This document shows positions 1 through 8,681 of a DNA stretch of 64,000 nucleotides, one piece after another. How positions within the stretch are numbered: position 1 is the first letter of the stretch; each line of letters begins with the position of its first letter. The DNA is from Acidimicrobiaceae bacterium (GTDB lineage Bacteria; Actinomycetota; Acidimicrobiia; Acidimicrobiales; Aldehydirespiratoraceae). The DNA lies in the NCBI GenBank assembly GCA_009845995.1, contig VXYK01000055.1:188721-252720 (forward strand). Reading direction: 5' to 3'. Below the pieces are notes generated by a model that was given only the letters and a program-made list of their open reading frames with translations, was not told the origin of the DNA and searched no databases. The translations under genes and the position numbers were made by a program.

Positions 1-1
1 G

Positions 2-190
2 ATCCCTAGTGCCGGTTCCCCGCGGACAGGCGAGTTGTGCGACGTGCCCGGTCTGCGATCCCACCGGGTCGCGGGATTTCCTTGCGGCTGGTTCTACTTT
101 GAGCGAAACGACTACGTCGACGTCGTCCGTCTTCTCGCGTACGCCCAGGATCTTGCAACGATCCTCGGCGACATCGATCAGGACACGTAG
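2..190 (+). CDS. 3' end of an unidentified protein-coding gene (partial, enters from left edge)
   Basis: Frame open from the window edge to TAG 188-190. Third-codon positions are strongly G/C-biased, as in the confident genes. Ends ...GWFYFERNDYVDVVRLLAYAQDLATILGDIDQDT. No family recognised. Confidence 0.35.
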   Translation: MPSAGSPRTGELCDVPGLRSHRVAGFPCGWFYFERNDYVDVVRLLAYAQDLATILGDIDQDT

Positions 191-229
191 CAGCCCGCTA
201 AGTGGCGGCGATCCCGTTAGGCTGATGGC

Positions 230-454
230 ATGGTTTGGATCGTTGCTCCCCTCTGGCTGATCTCAGCGTCCACGTTGATTCTGCTGGTGTTGTTGCACAG
301 CGGGAAGGGTGGGGGACTGTCCGACATGTTCGGCGGTGGCGCCGGCGCCGCGGCCGCAGGCTCGACTGTGGTCGAGCGCAATCTCGACCGGATCACCGTC
401 ATAGCCGCGGTGGTCTTCGGGTTCTCCTCAGTCGCCTACGCGCTGATCTTCTGA
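230..454 (+). CDS. secG: preprotein translocase subunit SecG
   Basis: 74 aa with two hydrophobic segments flanking LLHSGKGGGLSDMFGGG, the glycine-rich loop typical of actinobacterial SecG. Confidence 0.8.
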   Translation: MVWIVAPLWLISASTLILLVLLHSGKGGGLSDMFGGGAGAAAAGSTVVERNLDRITVIAAVVFGFSSVAYALIF

Positions 455-549
455 ACACCCGGTTCGCCGTCGCAGATCTCAGAGGAGTCGCTCGGTCACT
501 GCCGCTCGGCCCGAGGGTCATGTGGAGGTAACGGCCAGATTTACTCGCT

Positions 550-1833
550 TCACGGGCGGGGGCGAAACGCCATGCTGGGATGGGTGGGCACCTCGTCGAG
601 CGGCTCGGCCACTTCGCCGACCAACGGCCCGATCCCGTGGCCCGCGAGTTCGGTTAGATCCAGGTCGTAGACCTCGGCGGCGGTCGCGCCGAGAAGCTTG
701 TGGAGGTCGTCGGCCGGCCAGTCGGCGAAGACATGACGGAGGGCGGCGACCGTTTCGGGAAACGTCCCCTCCGCGTGAGGGTAGTCGCTGCCCCACATCA
801 CCCGATCGACGCCGAGTTGCCGAATGGCGTCGGCTTCGTCGGGACCGGGGAAGCTTGAACCCATGTAGCAGTTGGAGTGGAAATAGCTGCTGGGCGGGTT
901 CGGGAGTTGGGTGGCATCGGCGGGCATCTCGCCCACCCCGCCTGCTCGGAAGAGATGCCAGAACGCGTCCATCTTGGCCAGCGTCTCAGGCACCCAGCCG
1001 ACTCGTTGCTCGGTCATCACGAACCGGAGTTCTGGGAAGCGCACGAAGACGCCGCTGAGGATGAGATGCCAAAGGCTGCGGTTGGCGAAGAACGGCACCT
1101 CCATCAGCATCAGGAAGTTGCGGTTCGGTGAGGTGTCTATGTCGGGAATGCCTGCGCCGCCGTGCTGGTTCACCGAGAGCCCGGTGTCCTGACAGGCGGC
1201 CCAGAGCGGGTCGTAGTACTCGTTCCACAGTGCAGGCACCGGCGAGTCTGGTGGAACCGCGGGCCCGAGCACACCTTTGAGACCGCTGGCCGCGCCCCAT
1301 TCGACCTCAGCCACCGCCGCTTCGATGTCGTTGGGGAACACTTGCAGGAGCCCTGCCCGCCGACCTGGAAGCTCGTTGCACCAATCGACGAGCCACCGGT
1401 TGTGGGCCTGGAGTCCGGCCCATCGCAACTCGAACTCCCTACTTGTCGCCGGAGGGCGGGCGACGAGGAGTGACGACGGGAAGAACGGCGGGATGGTGTT
1501 CGGGAAGATCACCTCGGCGACCTGGCCATCGGCCTCCAGGTCACGCGTGCGGACTGCGCTGTCCCAGTTCCGAACCCTGGAGTCGTCCGTGAGGTCCGCG
1601 AACGGATTGTTGTACAGGAGCGTCCATTCGTCGAACTCCTCAAGGAGGCTCGTCGGGAGGTATCTGCGGTAGTCCGAGAAGTCGCCACCGGCGTGGCAGT
1701 CGGCCGACACCAGGGTGTAGCGATCGGTAGCGTTGGTGGTCAGCGGCTCCACTCCTCCTGTAGATCCCGGCGGGAGATTGTTGCGGTCCAGTTCCTTCGA
1801 GTTTGTCCCTCGATGACCTGCGATCGAACACAT
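550..1833 (-). CDS. amidohydrolase_2 family metal-dependent hydrolase/decarboxylase (ACMSD/LigW-like)
   Basis: VSADCHAGG near the N-terminus and MWGSDYPHAEGTF near the C-terminus. Clear paralog of 32334..33545. True start uncertain (alternative GTG at 1752). Confidence 0.75.
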   Translation of the reverse strand: MCSIAGHRGTNSKELDRNNLPPGSTGGVEPLTTNATDRYTLVSADCHAGGDFSDYRRYLPTSLLEEFDEWTLLYNNPFADLTDDSRVRNWDSAVRTRDLEADGQVAEVIFPNTIPPFFPSSLLVARPPATSREFELRWAGLQAHNRWLVDWCNELPGRRAGLLQVFPNDIEAAVAEVEWGAASGLKGVLGPAVPPDSPVPALWNEYYDPLWAACQDTGLSVNQHGGAGIPDIDTSPNRNFLMLMEVPFFANRSLWHLILSGVFVRFPELRFVMTEQRVGWVPETLAKMDAFWHLFRAGGVGEMPADATQLPNPPSSYFHSNCYMGSSFPGPDEADAIRQLGVDRVMWGSDYPHAEGTFPETVAALRHVFADWPADDLHKLLGATAAEVYDLDLTELAGHGIGPLVGEVAEPLDEVPTHPSMAFRPRP

Positions 1834-1999
1834 TATCTGAAAGGGGCGAACTCAAGCTCGCCGAAGTGTGCGCAGTTGGGACAGGGTCACGCCGATAACG
1901 CCGGTTTACGGCTCTTCTGGAATCCGCTCGTTGGGATATCGCGACCACGGTATGTTACGCTCGCGCGCCTAGCCGGGCAGCGTCGCGAGGAGGAACAGG

Positions 2000-2260
2000 A
2001 TGGCGATTGAGTCGTCTGGACACAACCGGGGCAACCCCAGGCTGTACGAGCTGATCGAGGACCAGCCCAAGGATGGCCCCAGCCCGACCATCTGGGCGTG
2101 GCCGCAACTGACCGAGTACCTGAAAGTCGCCGGCCAGCCGGTGCAGGGGCCGTGGCCGCCGCACCAGGAGCCTCGCCCCGACCCTGATCCCGACTCACTG
2201 CCGCGCGCCGTCCCGGACCCTTACGGTCCCGACGCGTCGCCGGCCGGACAGCCCGAATAG
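2000..2260 (+). CDS. small hypothetical protein (86 aa) with Pro/Asp-rich tail, first gene of the cox operon
   Basis: ATG preceded by AGGAGG. High third-position G/C. Stop at 2258-2260 abuts the GGAGGAGG ribosome-binding site of coxM. No family recognised. Confidence 0.5.
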   Translation: MAIESSGHNRGNPRLYELIEDQPKDGPSPTIWAWPQLTEYLKVAGQPVQGPWPPHQEPRPDPDPDSLPRAVPDPYGPDASPAGQPE

Positions 2261-2271
2261 GAGGAGGAGCC

Positions 2272-3144
2272 GTGTTCCCGTCCCGTTTCCGCTACGAGGC
2301 TCCGTCGAGCCTCGGCGAAGCCGTTGCGCTCCTCGCCAGCCACGACGACAGCAAGGTCCTCGCCGGTGGTCAAAGTCTGATCCCGATGATGAAGCTGCGC
2401 TTCGCGTCACCGGCCCTGCTCGTTGACATCAACAACATCCCGGGCCTCGACCAGCACGGCGCACAGCCGGACGGCAGCTACCGGATCGGCGCCCTCGTCC
2501 GCCACGCCGACCTGGAGAAGTCGACGACGCTCGGAGAACATCAACCGACGATCGCTGCTGCTGCACCCTTGATCGCGGACCCGATCGTACGCACCCGTGG
2601 CACCTTTGTCGGCTCGGTCTGCCATGCAGACCCTCAAGGCGACTGGGCGTCGTGCTTGGTGGCGCTCGACGGTTCCATCGTCGCTCACGGTCCCACCGGC
2701 CGCCGAACCATCCCGGTCGATGACTTTGTCACCGGACCCTTCCAGACGGTGCTGGCACCCGACGAGATAGCCGTTGAAGCCGTGATCGGTGCGGCGAGCG
2801 GCTCCCGCAAGGGCGGTTACCTCAAACTCGAACGGCGGGTCGGCGACTTCGCCACCGTCGGCGTGGCCGTCGCGTTGGAGATGTCCGGCTCGACCGTGAC
2901 GAAGGCCGGCATCGGTCTCACCGGCGTCGGTTCGGCCACGATCAACGCCCGAGAGGCCGCCGATGCGATCGTCGGCTCATCGCTCGGCGATGACGAGATC
3001 GCCGTCGCCGCCGAAGCGGCAGCGGCCGCATCGAGTCCTCGTTCCGATCATCGAGGAAGCGCCGACTACAAGCGCCATGTGGTGGCGACATTCGTCGGCC
3101 GCCTGCTCGCCCAACATCAGCCCGCAGAAGCAGAGGTCGCGTGA
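2272..3144 (+). CDS. coxM: CO dehydrogenase medium (FAD-binding) subunit CoxM
   Basis: GTG start after GGAGGAGG. FRYEAPSSLGEAVALLA...KVLAGGQSLIPMMKLR is typical of FAD-binding subunits of the xanthine dehydrogenase family. Gene order is M-S-L. Confidence 0.85.
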   Translation: MFPSRFRYEAPSSLGEAVALLASHDDSKVLAGGQSLIPMMKLRFASPALLVDINNIPGLDQHGAQPDGSYRIGALVRHADLEKSTTLGEHQPTIAAAAPLIADPIVRTRGTFVGSVCHADPQGDWASCLVALDGSIVAHGPTGRRTIPVDDFVTGPFQTVLAPDEIAVEAVIGAASGSRKGGYLKLERRVGDFATVGVAVALEMSGSTVTKAGIGLTGVGSATINAREAADAIVGSSLGDDEIAVAAEAAAAASSPRSDHRGSADYKRHVVATFVGRLLAQHQPAEAEVA

Positions 3145-3145
3145 C

Positions 3146-3706
3146 ATGACGTTGTTCGAAGAGGTTCCGGTCACCACGGCCGAAGAGATTCCGGTTCGCC
3201 GGGTGGAGATGCGTGTCAACGGCGAGACGCGTGCTGCGAACATCGAACCACGGCTCCTGCTCGCACACCTGATCCGCAACGGTATGCAGCTCACGGGCAC
3301 CCACACAGGCTGCGACACGACCAACTGCGGGGCGTGCACCGTACTGTTCGATGGTCAGCCGGTGAAGAGTTGCACCATGTTCGCGGTGCAAGCCGATGGA
3401 CATGAGATAACAACGGTCGAAGGGCTCGCTACAGCGAGTGAACTCCATCCGATCCAGGAGGGGTTCAAGGACGAGCACGGTCTGCAGTGCGGGTTCTGCA
3501 CCCCCGGCATGATGTTGAGCGCCAAAGCGCTGCTCGACGAGAACCCGAACCCGACCGAGGACGAAGTGCGCTGGGCGCTGTCGGGGAACCTCTGTCGCTG
3601 CACCGGCTATCAGAACATCGTGAAGGCGGTGCTGTGGGCGGCTGAGAAGATGCGGGGTGACGAGCCGGCATCGGAGGATGCAGCCGACGGGGGAGGGGAG
3701 GCCTGA
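3146..3706 (+). CDS. coxS: CO dehydrogenase small (2x[2Fe-2S]) subunit CoxS
   Basis: ATG 3146, in frame within ORF 2963..3706. Cysteine clusters CDTTNCGACTV, CGFCTPG and CRCTGY. Confidence 0.9.
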   Translation: MTLFEEVPVTTAEEIPVRRVEMRVNGETRAANIEPRLLLAHLIRNGMQLTGTHTGCDTTNCGACTVLFDGQPVKSCTMFAVQADGHEITTVEGLATASELHPIQEGFKDEHGLQCGFCTPGMMLSAKALLDENPNPTEDEVRWALSGNLCRCTGYQNIVKAVLWAAEKMRGDEPASEDAADGGGEA

Positions 3707-6087
3707 TGGCGTTGGACGAGATCAAGATCGGGGGGCTCGGAGCGAGTCGTCGGCGTGTTGAGGACAATCGGTTCATCCGGGGCAAGGGCAACTACGTCGA
3801 CGACATCGTGCTGCCCGGCATGTTGCACATGGAGATCCTTCGCAGCCCGCTGGCGCACGCCCGGATCACGTCGATCGACGTCAGCGGAGCCTGGGCGATC
3901 CCCGGTGTTCGACTGGTATTGACCGGCGAGATGATGGCGGCCCGCAACCTGGCGTGGATGCCGACGCTGTCCTACGACACCCAGGCGGTGCTCGCGACCG
4001 ACAAGGTGCGATTCCAGGGTCAGGAGGTCGCATGCGTCGTCGCCGACGATCCCTACACCGCCAAGGACGGGTGCGAGGCGATCGTCGTCGAGTACGAACC
4101 CCTCCCGCCGATCGTCAATCCGTATCAGGCGATGGCGGCTGACGCACCGCTGATCCGTGACGACAAGGTCAACCAGACCGACAACAAGATCTTCGACTGG
4201 GAGGTCGGCGACAAGGAGGGCACCGACCGGGCCTTTGCGCAAGCCGATGTCGTCTCCGAGATCGACATGCACTACCCGCGGTCGCACCCGTCGCCGATCG
4301 AGACGTGCGGGTCGGTCGCCGACTTCGACCGGTCGACATCGAAGCTCACGGTTTACATGACGTCCCAGGCACCTCACATCATCCGCGCGGCGGTGGCGCT
4401 GGTGGCCGAGATCCCCGAGCACATGATCCGAATCATCGCGCCCGACCTCGGTGGTGGCTTCGGCAACAAGGTACCGGTGTACCCGGGCTACGTGATGTCG
4501 ATCCTGGCGTCGATCCTCACCGAACGGCCCGTCAAGTGGATCGAAGACAAGAGCGGCAACCTGATCTCGACCGGGTTCGGGCGCGACGTGTACCTCAAGG
4601 GTCAGATCGCGATGCGCAACGACGGGAAGATCCTCGGCGTTCGGATGCACACCGACTCAGATCACGGCGCGTTCTTCTCCGACGCTCAGCCGTCGAAGTT
4701 CAAGATCGGCCTGATGCACTCGGCGTTCGCCTGTTACGACATCCCGGCCGCACACCTCACCGCGACCGGGGTTTACACGAACAAGGCGCCCGGTGGCGTG
4801 GCGTACCGCTGTTCATTCCGGGTCACCGAGGCCATGTACTTCCAGGAACGCATGATCTGTGCGGCGGCCGACGACCTGGGTATGGATCAGGCCGAGTTCC
4901 GCCGCGTGAACCTGGTGCGCGACGACGACTTCCCCAAGCGGACCCCGTTCGGCTTCCTAACCGACTCCGGCCAGTACGAGAAGTGTCTCGACATCGGCCT
5001 GGAGGCGATCGGCTACGCCGACTTCAAGCAGGAACAACAAGCGGCTCGAAAGCGAGGCCGCCTGCTCGGCATCGGCATATCGACCATGACTGAGCCGCTG
5101 GGTGCCGGCAACAGCCGTGAGTACGACATATTGGGCATAAAGATGTTCGACTCGGCAGAACTGCGGGTCCACATGACCGGCAAGGCCATCCTGCGTACAG
5201 GTGCGAAGACCCAGGGCCAGGGTCACGAAACCACCTGGGCGCAGATCGTCGCCCACGAACTCGGCATCCCCGCCGACGACATCCTGGTCGAGGAGGGCGA
5301 CACCGACACCGCGCCGTTCGGTATGGGTACCTACGCCTCGCGCTCCACCCCGGTCGCCGGCGCGGCGGTCGCCATGGTGTCGCGCAAGATCCGGGCTAAG
5401 GCCCGCAAGATCGCTGCCCACCTCCTCGAGGTGTCCGAGGAGGACATCGAGTGGGAGCTCGGCCGGTTCTACGTTCGCGGAGCGCAGGATCGAGGCGTCT
5501 CCATCCAGGAATGTGCGATGGCGGCCTACAGCAACGTTCCCGACGGCATGGAGCCCGGTCTCGAGAACAACGCGTATTACGACCCGCCCAACCTCACGTG
5601 GCCGTTCGCCTGCTACATCGCCAAGGTCGAGGTCGATCCCGAGACCGGCGTGTGGGACGTCTTGCGCGTGGTGGCAGTCGACGACTGCGGCGTACGCATC
5701 AACCCGATGATCGTCGAGGGCCAGATCATGGGCGGTCTCACCGAGGCCTACGCCATGGCGAACATGCAGTTCCTCACCTTCGATGAGGACGGCAACTGCA
5801 TCGGCTCCAACTACATGGACTACCTGCTTCCCACCGCTTGGGAGACGCCGGGTTTCGAACTGCACGAGGTCGTCACTCCGTGCCCCCACCACCCGATAGG
5901 GGCCAAGGGCATCGGCGAGTGTGCGACCGTCGGCGGCCCCGCCGCCTTCGTGAACGCGGTGATGGACGCCCTCAAGCACACCGGTGTGCGCAACATCGAC
6001 ATGCCGCTGCTGCCCGACCGGGTCCACGACGCCCTCACCACTGGCAACGACATCTCCGGCATGCCGCCGGTCAAGACCGAGGCCTGA
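3706..6087 (+). CDS. coxL: form-I CO dehydrogenase large (Mo-Cu) subunit CoxL
   Basis: 793 aa molybdopterin-binding subunit. Contains VAYRCSFR (4798-4821), the form-I active-site loop signature. Start overlaps the coxS stop (TGATG). Confidence 0.9.
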   Translation: MALDEIKIGGLGASRRRVEDNRFIRGKGNYVDDIVLPGMLHMEILRSPLAHARITSIDVSGAWAIPGVRLVLTGEMMAARNLAWMPTLSYDTQAVLATDKVRFQGQEVACVVADDPYTAKDGCEAIVVEYEPLPPIVNPYQAMAADAPLIRDDKVNQTDNKIFDWEVGDKEGTDRAFAQADVVSEIDMHYPRSHPSPIETCGSVADFDRSTSKLTVYMTSQAPHIIRAAVALVAEIPEHMIRIIAPDLGGGFGNKVPVYPGYVMSILASILTERPVKWIEDKSGNLISTGFGRDVYLKGQIAMRNDGKILGVRMHTDSDHGAFFSDAQPSKFKIGLMHSAFACYDIPAAHLTATGVYTNKAPGGVAYRCSFRVTEAMYFQERMICAAADDLGMDQAEFRRVNLVRDDDFPKRTPFGFLTDSGQYEKCLDIGLEAIGYADFKQEQQAARKRGRLLGIGISTMTEPLGAGNSREYDILGIKMFDSAELRVHMTGKAILRTGAKTQGQGHETTWAQIVAHELGIPADDILVEEGDTDTAPFGMGTYASRSTPVAGAAVAMVSRKIRAKARKIAAHLLEVSEEDIEWELGRFYVRGAQDRGVSIQECAMAAYSNVPDGMEPGLENNAYYDPPNLTWPFACYIAKVEVDPETGVWDVLRVVAVDDCGVRINPMIVEGQIMGGLTEAYAMANMQFLTFDEDGNCIGSNYMDYLLPTAWETPGFELHEVVTPCPHHPIGAKGIGECATVGGPAAFVNAVMDALKHTGVRNIDMPLLPDRVHDALTTGNDISGMPPVKTEA

Positions 6088-6095
6088 GGACTGCG

Positions 6096-7025
6096 ATGAC
6101 CACACACCGCGCCGTCGAGGGATGGGGAGTCCTCGAACGCGCGGTCGAACTCGCGGAGAGCGGCGAACCATTCGTACTCGCCACCGTCGTGTGGCGCGAG
6201 GGGCCGTCTTCGGGCCAACAGGGTTCGCGGGCGATCTACACCGCTTCGGGACAGATGCACGGCTGGATCGGAGGCGCGTGTGCCGAACCGGTGTTCATCC
6301 GTGAGGCCAAGGCCGTCCTGTCCGCGGGCCAGCCTCGCCTGTTGGCGCTCGGAGCCGAGGAGCGCTTCGGCGACCTGCCGCAGGGCACCGAGGCGATTGC
6401 CATGTCGTGTCAGAGCGAAGGTGCTCTGCAGATCTATCTGGAGCCCGTCGTGCCGGTACCTCATCTCGTCATCGTCGGCGATTCACCCATGGCCACAAGC
6501 CTCGCCGGCATGGCCGCCACGCTCGACTGGCGGGTCGAGCAACTCGCAGGCACCGAGTTCAGCGAAGGTCTCGTCGGTGAGTCGTCGATCGTCGTGGTCG
6601 CGACCCAGGGCCACGGCGATGAGGACGTCATCACCGCAGCCCTGAAAGCCTCGCCGGCGTACCTCGGCGTCGTCGCCTCGTCGAGGCGGGCCGACAGCCT
6701 CCGGGCGTATCTTGGTGAGGCGGGCGTGTGCGGCGGAACGATCGCCGGACTCCGGATGCCCGCGGGGCTCGACCTCGGCAGCACCACCCACAAGGAGGTG
6801 GCCGTCGCCATCCTGGCCGAACTGGTGCAACTGCGTGCCGAGGGTGCCTTCACCTCGAGCGAGGCTGTTGACGCCCCCGACGTGCCGACTGCCGTCGACC
6901 CGGTTTGCGGCATGACCGTTGATGCGGCCGACACGAGCCATTCCCTCGAAGTCGACGGGGAGACCTTCTACTTCTGCTGTCCAGGGTGCCGGGCTGCTTA
7001 TGCCGACGAACGAGGAGTGAGCTGA
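6096..7025 (+). CDS. XdhC/CoxF-like maturation protein with C-terminal YHS/TRASH-type metal-binding domain
   Basis: ATG 6096, in frame within ORF 5838..7025. FVLATVVWREGPSSGQQGSRAI and HLVIVGDSPMA are XdhC-like. C-terminus is DPVCGMTVDAADTSHSLEVDGETFYFCCPGCRAAYADE. Confidence 0.75.
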   Translation: MTTHRAVEGWGVLERAVELAESGEPFVLATVVWREGPSSGQQGSRAIYTASGQMHGWIGGACAEPVFIREAKAVLSAGQPRLLALGAEERFGDLPQGTEAIAMSCQSEGALQIYLEPVVPVPHLVIVGDSPMATSLAGMAATLDWRVEQLAGTEFSEGLVGESSIVVVATQGHGDEDVITAALKASPAYLGVVASSRRADSLRAYLGEAGVCGGTIAGLRMPAGLDLGSTTHKEVAVAILAELVQLRAEGAFTSSEAVDAPDVPTAVDPVCGMTVDAADTSHSLEVDGETFYFCCPGCRAAYADERGVS

Positions 7026-7618
7026 TGCAGATCACCAACGAATTCGAGGTCGATCAACCGATCGGCACAGTCTGGGAGTTCTTCGGAGACATTCCGGCCG
7101 TCGCCGAGTGCCTGCCGGGCACCGATCTCACCGACGAGCTCGGCGAGGACCACTACGGCGGCACGGTCGCGATCGGCCTTGGTCCCGTGAAACTCGACTT
7201 CGACGGCGAGGTCAAGATCCTCGAGCGCAACGAGGCCGACAAGACGATCAGTGTCGATGCGAGCGGTGCCGACAAGAAGGGTCGAGGTCAGGCCGCGATG
7301 CTGTTGGACGCCGGAATGGAGAGCGCCGGCGCCGGCACCAGGGTCAACGTGGCGATGGACCTCAACATTTCCGGCGCTGCCGCCCAGTACGGCCGAGGTC
7401 TCGTCGGTGACGTCACCTCGGTGCTGCTCGACGACTTCGCCACCAATGTCCAGAACCGGCTCACCGCGATCAATCAAGGGCGGGACCCGAGCCAGGTCCA
7501 GAAAGTTCAGGCGGCCAGTGGCTTCGCTATCGCTCTCCGAGCCGCCCGCATGGCCCTGACCCGCGTGATCCGCCGGTTCTTTTTGCCCTACAACCCCGAG
7601 TTCGTCCAAGGAGGCTGA
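7025..7618 (+). CDS. coxG: CoxG (SRPBCC-fold CO dehydrogenase subunit G)
   Basis: ATG 7025 overlaps the previous stop (TGATG). MQITNEFEVDQPIGTVWEFFGDIPAVAECLPG... matches CoxG/SRPBCC proteins. Confidence 0.8.
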   Translation: MQITNEFEVDQPIGTVWEFFGDIPAVAECLPGTDLTDELGEDHYGGTVAIGLGPVKLDFDGEVKILERNEADKTISVDASGADKKGRGQAAMLLDAGMESAGAGTRVNVAMDLNISGAAAQYGRGLVGDVTSVLLDDFATNVQNRLTAINQGRDPSQVQKVQAASGFAIALRAARMALTRVIRRFFLPYNPEFVQGG

Positions 7619-7621
7619 CCA

Positions 7622-7873
7622 ATGCTGTGGTGGATCGGAAATCTCGTGCTGTTGCTGGTCGTCGTGCCAGTCGCAGTCGCACTGTTGAGTCGGGTGCTCG
7701 GCGCCCTCGAACGCATCCGCAAGGCGAGTGACGACATCCTCGCCGGCGGCGTCGCACTGGTCACCGAACTCGACACGACGCCGGAGCTGCTGGCGACGAC
7801 CGACGAGACCATCGAAGAAGTCGCCGACGGCGCCGTCCGCTACGCCGGCTCGGTCGCGAAGTTGCTGGGCTGA
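7622..7873 (+). CDS. single-pass membrane mini-protein, array member 1 (83 aa)
   Basis: GGAGG lies 7 nt upstream. Hydrophobic WWIGNLVLLLVVVPVAVALL is followed by an amphipathic helical region. High third-position G/C. Confidence 0.6.
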   Translation: MLWWIGNLVLLLVVVPVAVALLSRVLGALERIRKASDDILAGGVALVTELDTTPELLATTDETIEEVADGAVRYAGSVAKLLG

Positions 7874-7887
7874 GAGAGGAGACCCCT

Positions 7888-8115
7888 ATGCCATTCGTTG
7901 CTTGGTTCACCGTCGTGGTCGCCGGCCTCATAATCACTGCGGCCGCCATCGGACTCTTGCGAGTCCTGCTTCACCTCAAGGTCGTCGACTCTACCCTCGA
8001 GCAGCTCACCGGCGGGGTGCAGGCTGTCGCCGAGAAGACTTCCACCGTGCCCACTGTGCTGCCGTCCGTGAACGCCAACCTTGCCCCTGTCCGCGACTTC
8101 GCCGACTCGATCTGA
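7888..8115 (+). CDS. single-pass membrane mini-protein, array member 2 (75 aa)
   Basis: GGAGA lies 5 nt upstream. FVAWFTVVVAGLIITAAAIGLL transmembrane segment. Shares L.GGV..V.E...T.P..L with member 1. Confidence 0.6.
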   Translation: MPFVAWFTVVVAGLIITAAAIGLLRVLLHLKVVDSTLEQLTGGVQAVAEKTSTVPTVLPSVNANLAPVRDFADSI

Positions 8116-8128
8116 GGGAGGACTTTAG

Positions 8129-8392
8129 ATGTTGCTACTCGCCGAAGGATCGACCACCGGTTGGACGATCGGCTACGTCATCGGCATCGTCGTGGTGATC
8201 GCCGTCGTCGCCCTGGTCGTGCCGATCCTGATGTTGGCCCGGTCGATCGGAAATCGGGCCATCGAGATCAACGACGCCTTGGAGCAGGCTGTGGTCAACA
8301 CGGACTCGCTCAAGGAGTTGAACACCACCATCGAGGCCGCCGGCGCCATCACCGCCGGGCTGACTCGAGGCCGAACTCGGTTGGGAGGCTGA
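8129..8392 (+). CDS. single-pass membrane mini-protein, array member 3 (87 aa)
   Basis: GGAGG lies 7 nt upstream. IGYVIGIVVVIAVVALVVPILML transmembrane segment. Paralogous to member 4. Confidence 0.6.
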   Translation: MLLLAEGSTTGWTIGYVIGIVVVIAVVALVVPILMLARSIGNRAIEINDALEQAVVNTDSLKELNTTIEAAGAITAGLTRGRTRLGG

Positions 8393-8393
8393 G

Positions 8394-8681
8394 ATGCTGC
8401 TCGCATTGACCGACACTCAGGAAGGCCTCTGGTGGGGGGCGATCATCGGCGGTGCCGTCGTGATCGTGGCCGTTGTCGTGCTGCTCACGATGCTCGTCAT
8501 GCTGGTCCGAACGATCGAACACCGGGTCGGAGCGATCAAGGACACCCTCGAGCGGGCGGCTGCCAACACCGCTGATACCGCATTGATCGCCGAGACAGCA
8601 GCTCAGGTTGACGGCGTGCTGGCCGAAGGCTTGGAACACCATCTGTTCTTGGGCCGTGTTCTCGACAAGGTGCGCTCATGA
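8394..8681 (+). CDS. single-pass membrane mini-protein, array member 4 (95 aa)
   Basis: GGAGG lies 5 nt upstream, 1-nt gap after member 3. WWGAIIGGAVVIVAVVVLLTMLVML transmembrane segment. Confidence 0.6.
   Translation: MLLALTDTQEGLWWGAIIGGAVVIVAVVVLLTMLVMLVRTIEHRVGAIKDTLERAAANTADTALIAETAAQVDGVLAEGLEHHLFLGRVLDKVRS

Noticed and set aside
9-260. 83-aa ORF at the left edge overlapping the secG start.
   Set aside because: It has a Ser/Thr/Arg-rich low-complexity product. A different frame (2..190) has the coding-type third-position G/C bias, and the ORF would overlap SecG.
1834-1999. Possible Moco riboswitch or defined promoter in the divergent region upstream of the cox operon.
   Set aside because: I cannot fold or recognise the Moco RNA motif by eye. 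The TTGGGA...TATGTT spacing is too short for a convincing promoter.
2963-3145. N-terminal extensions in the ORF track. Examples are 2963 for coxS, 5838 for xdhC, 11312 for coxE, 15898 for the cupin, 17209 for MaoC, 28472 for DinB-like, 40503 for the ACAD, 55737 for DUF35-thiolase and 62649 for YjbR.
   Set aside because: The extensions overlap the preceding gene, are Arg/Pro-rich, and precede an internal start with a better ribosome-binding site or an overlap junction. The family-conserved N-termini begin at the internal starts.
3610-6171. Long antisense ORFs opposite coxL (3610..4650 and 4957..6171, minus strand). Similar shadows lie opposite other enzymes (18614..19795, 20590..22011, 28631..29938, 38464..39492, 11014..11994, 53020..53811).
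   Set aside because: They are Arg/Gly/Pro-rich, carry no recognisable motifs, and lie exactly antisense to genes with strong family signatures. These are typical shadow ORFs of high-G+C DNA.
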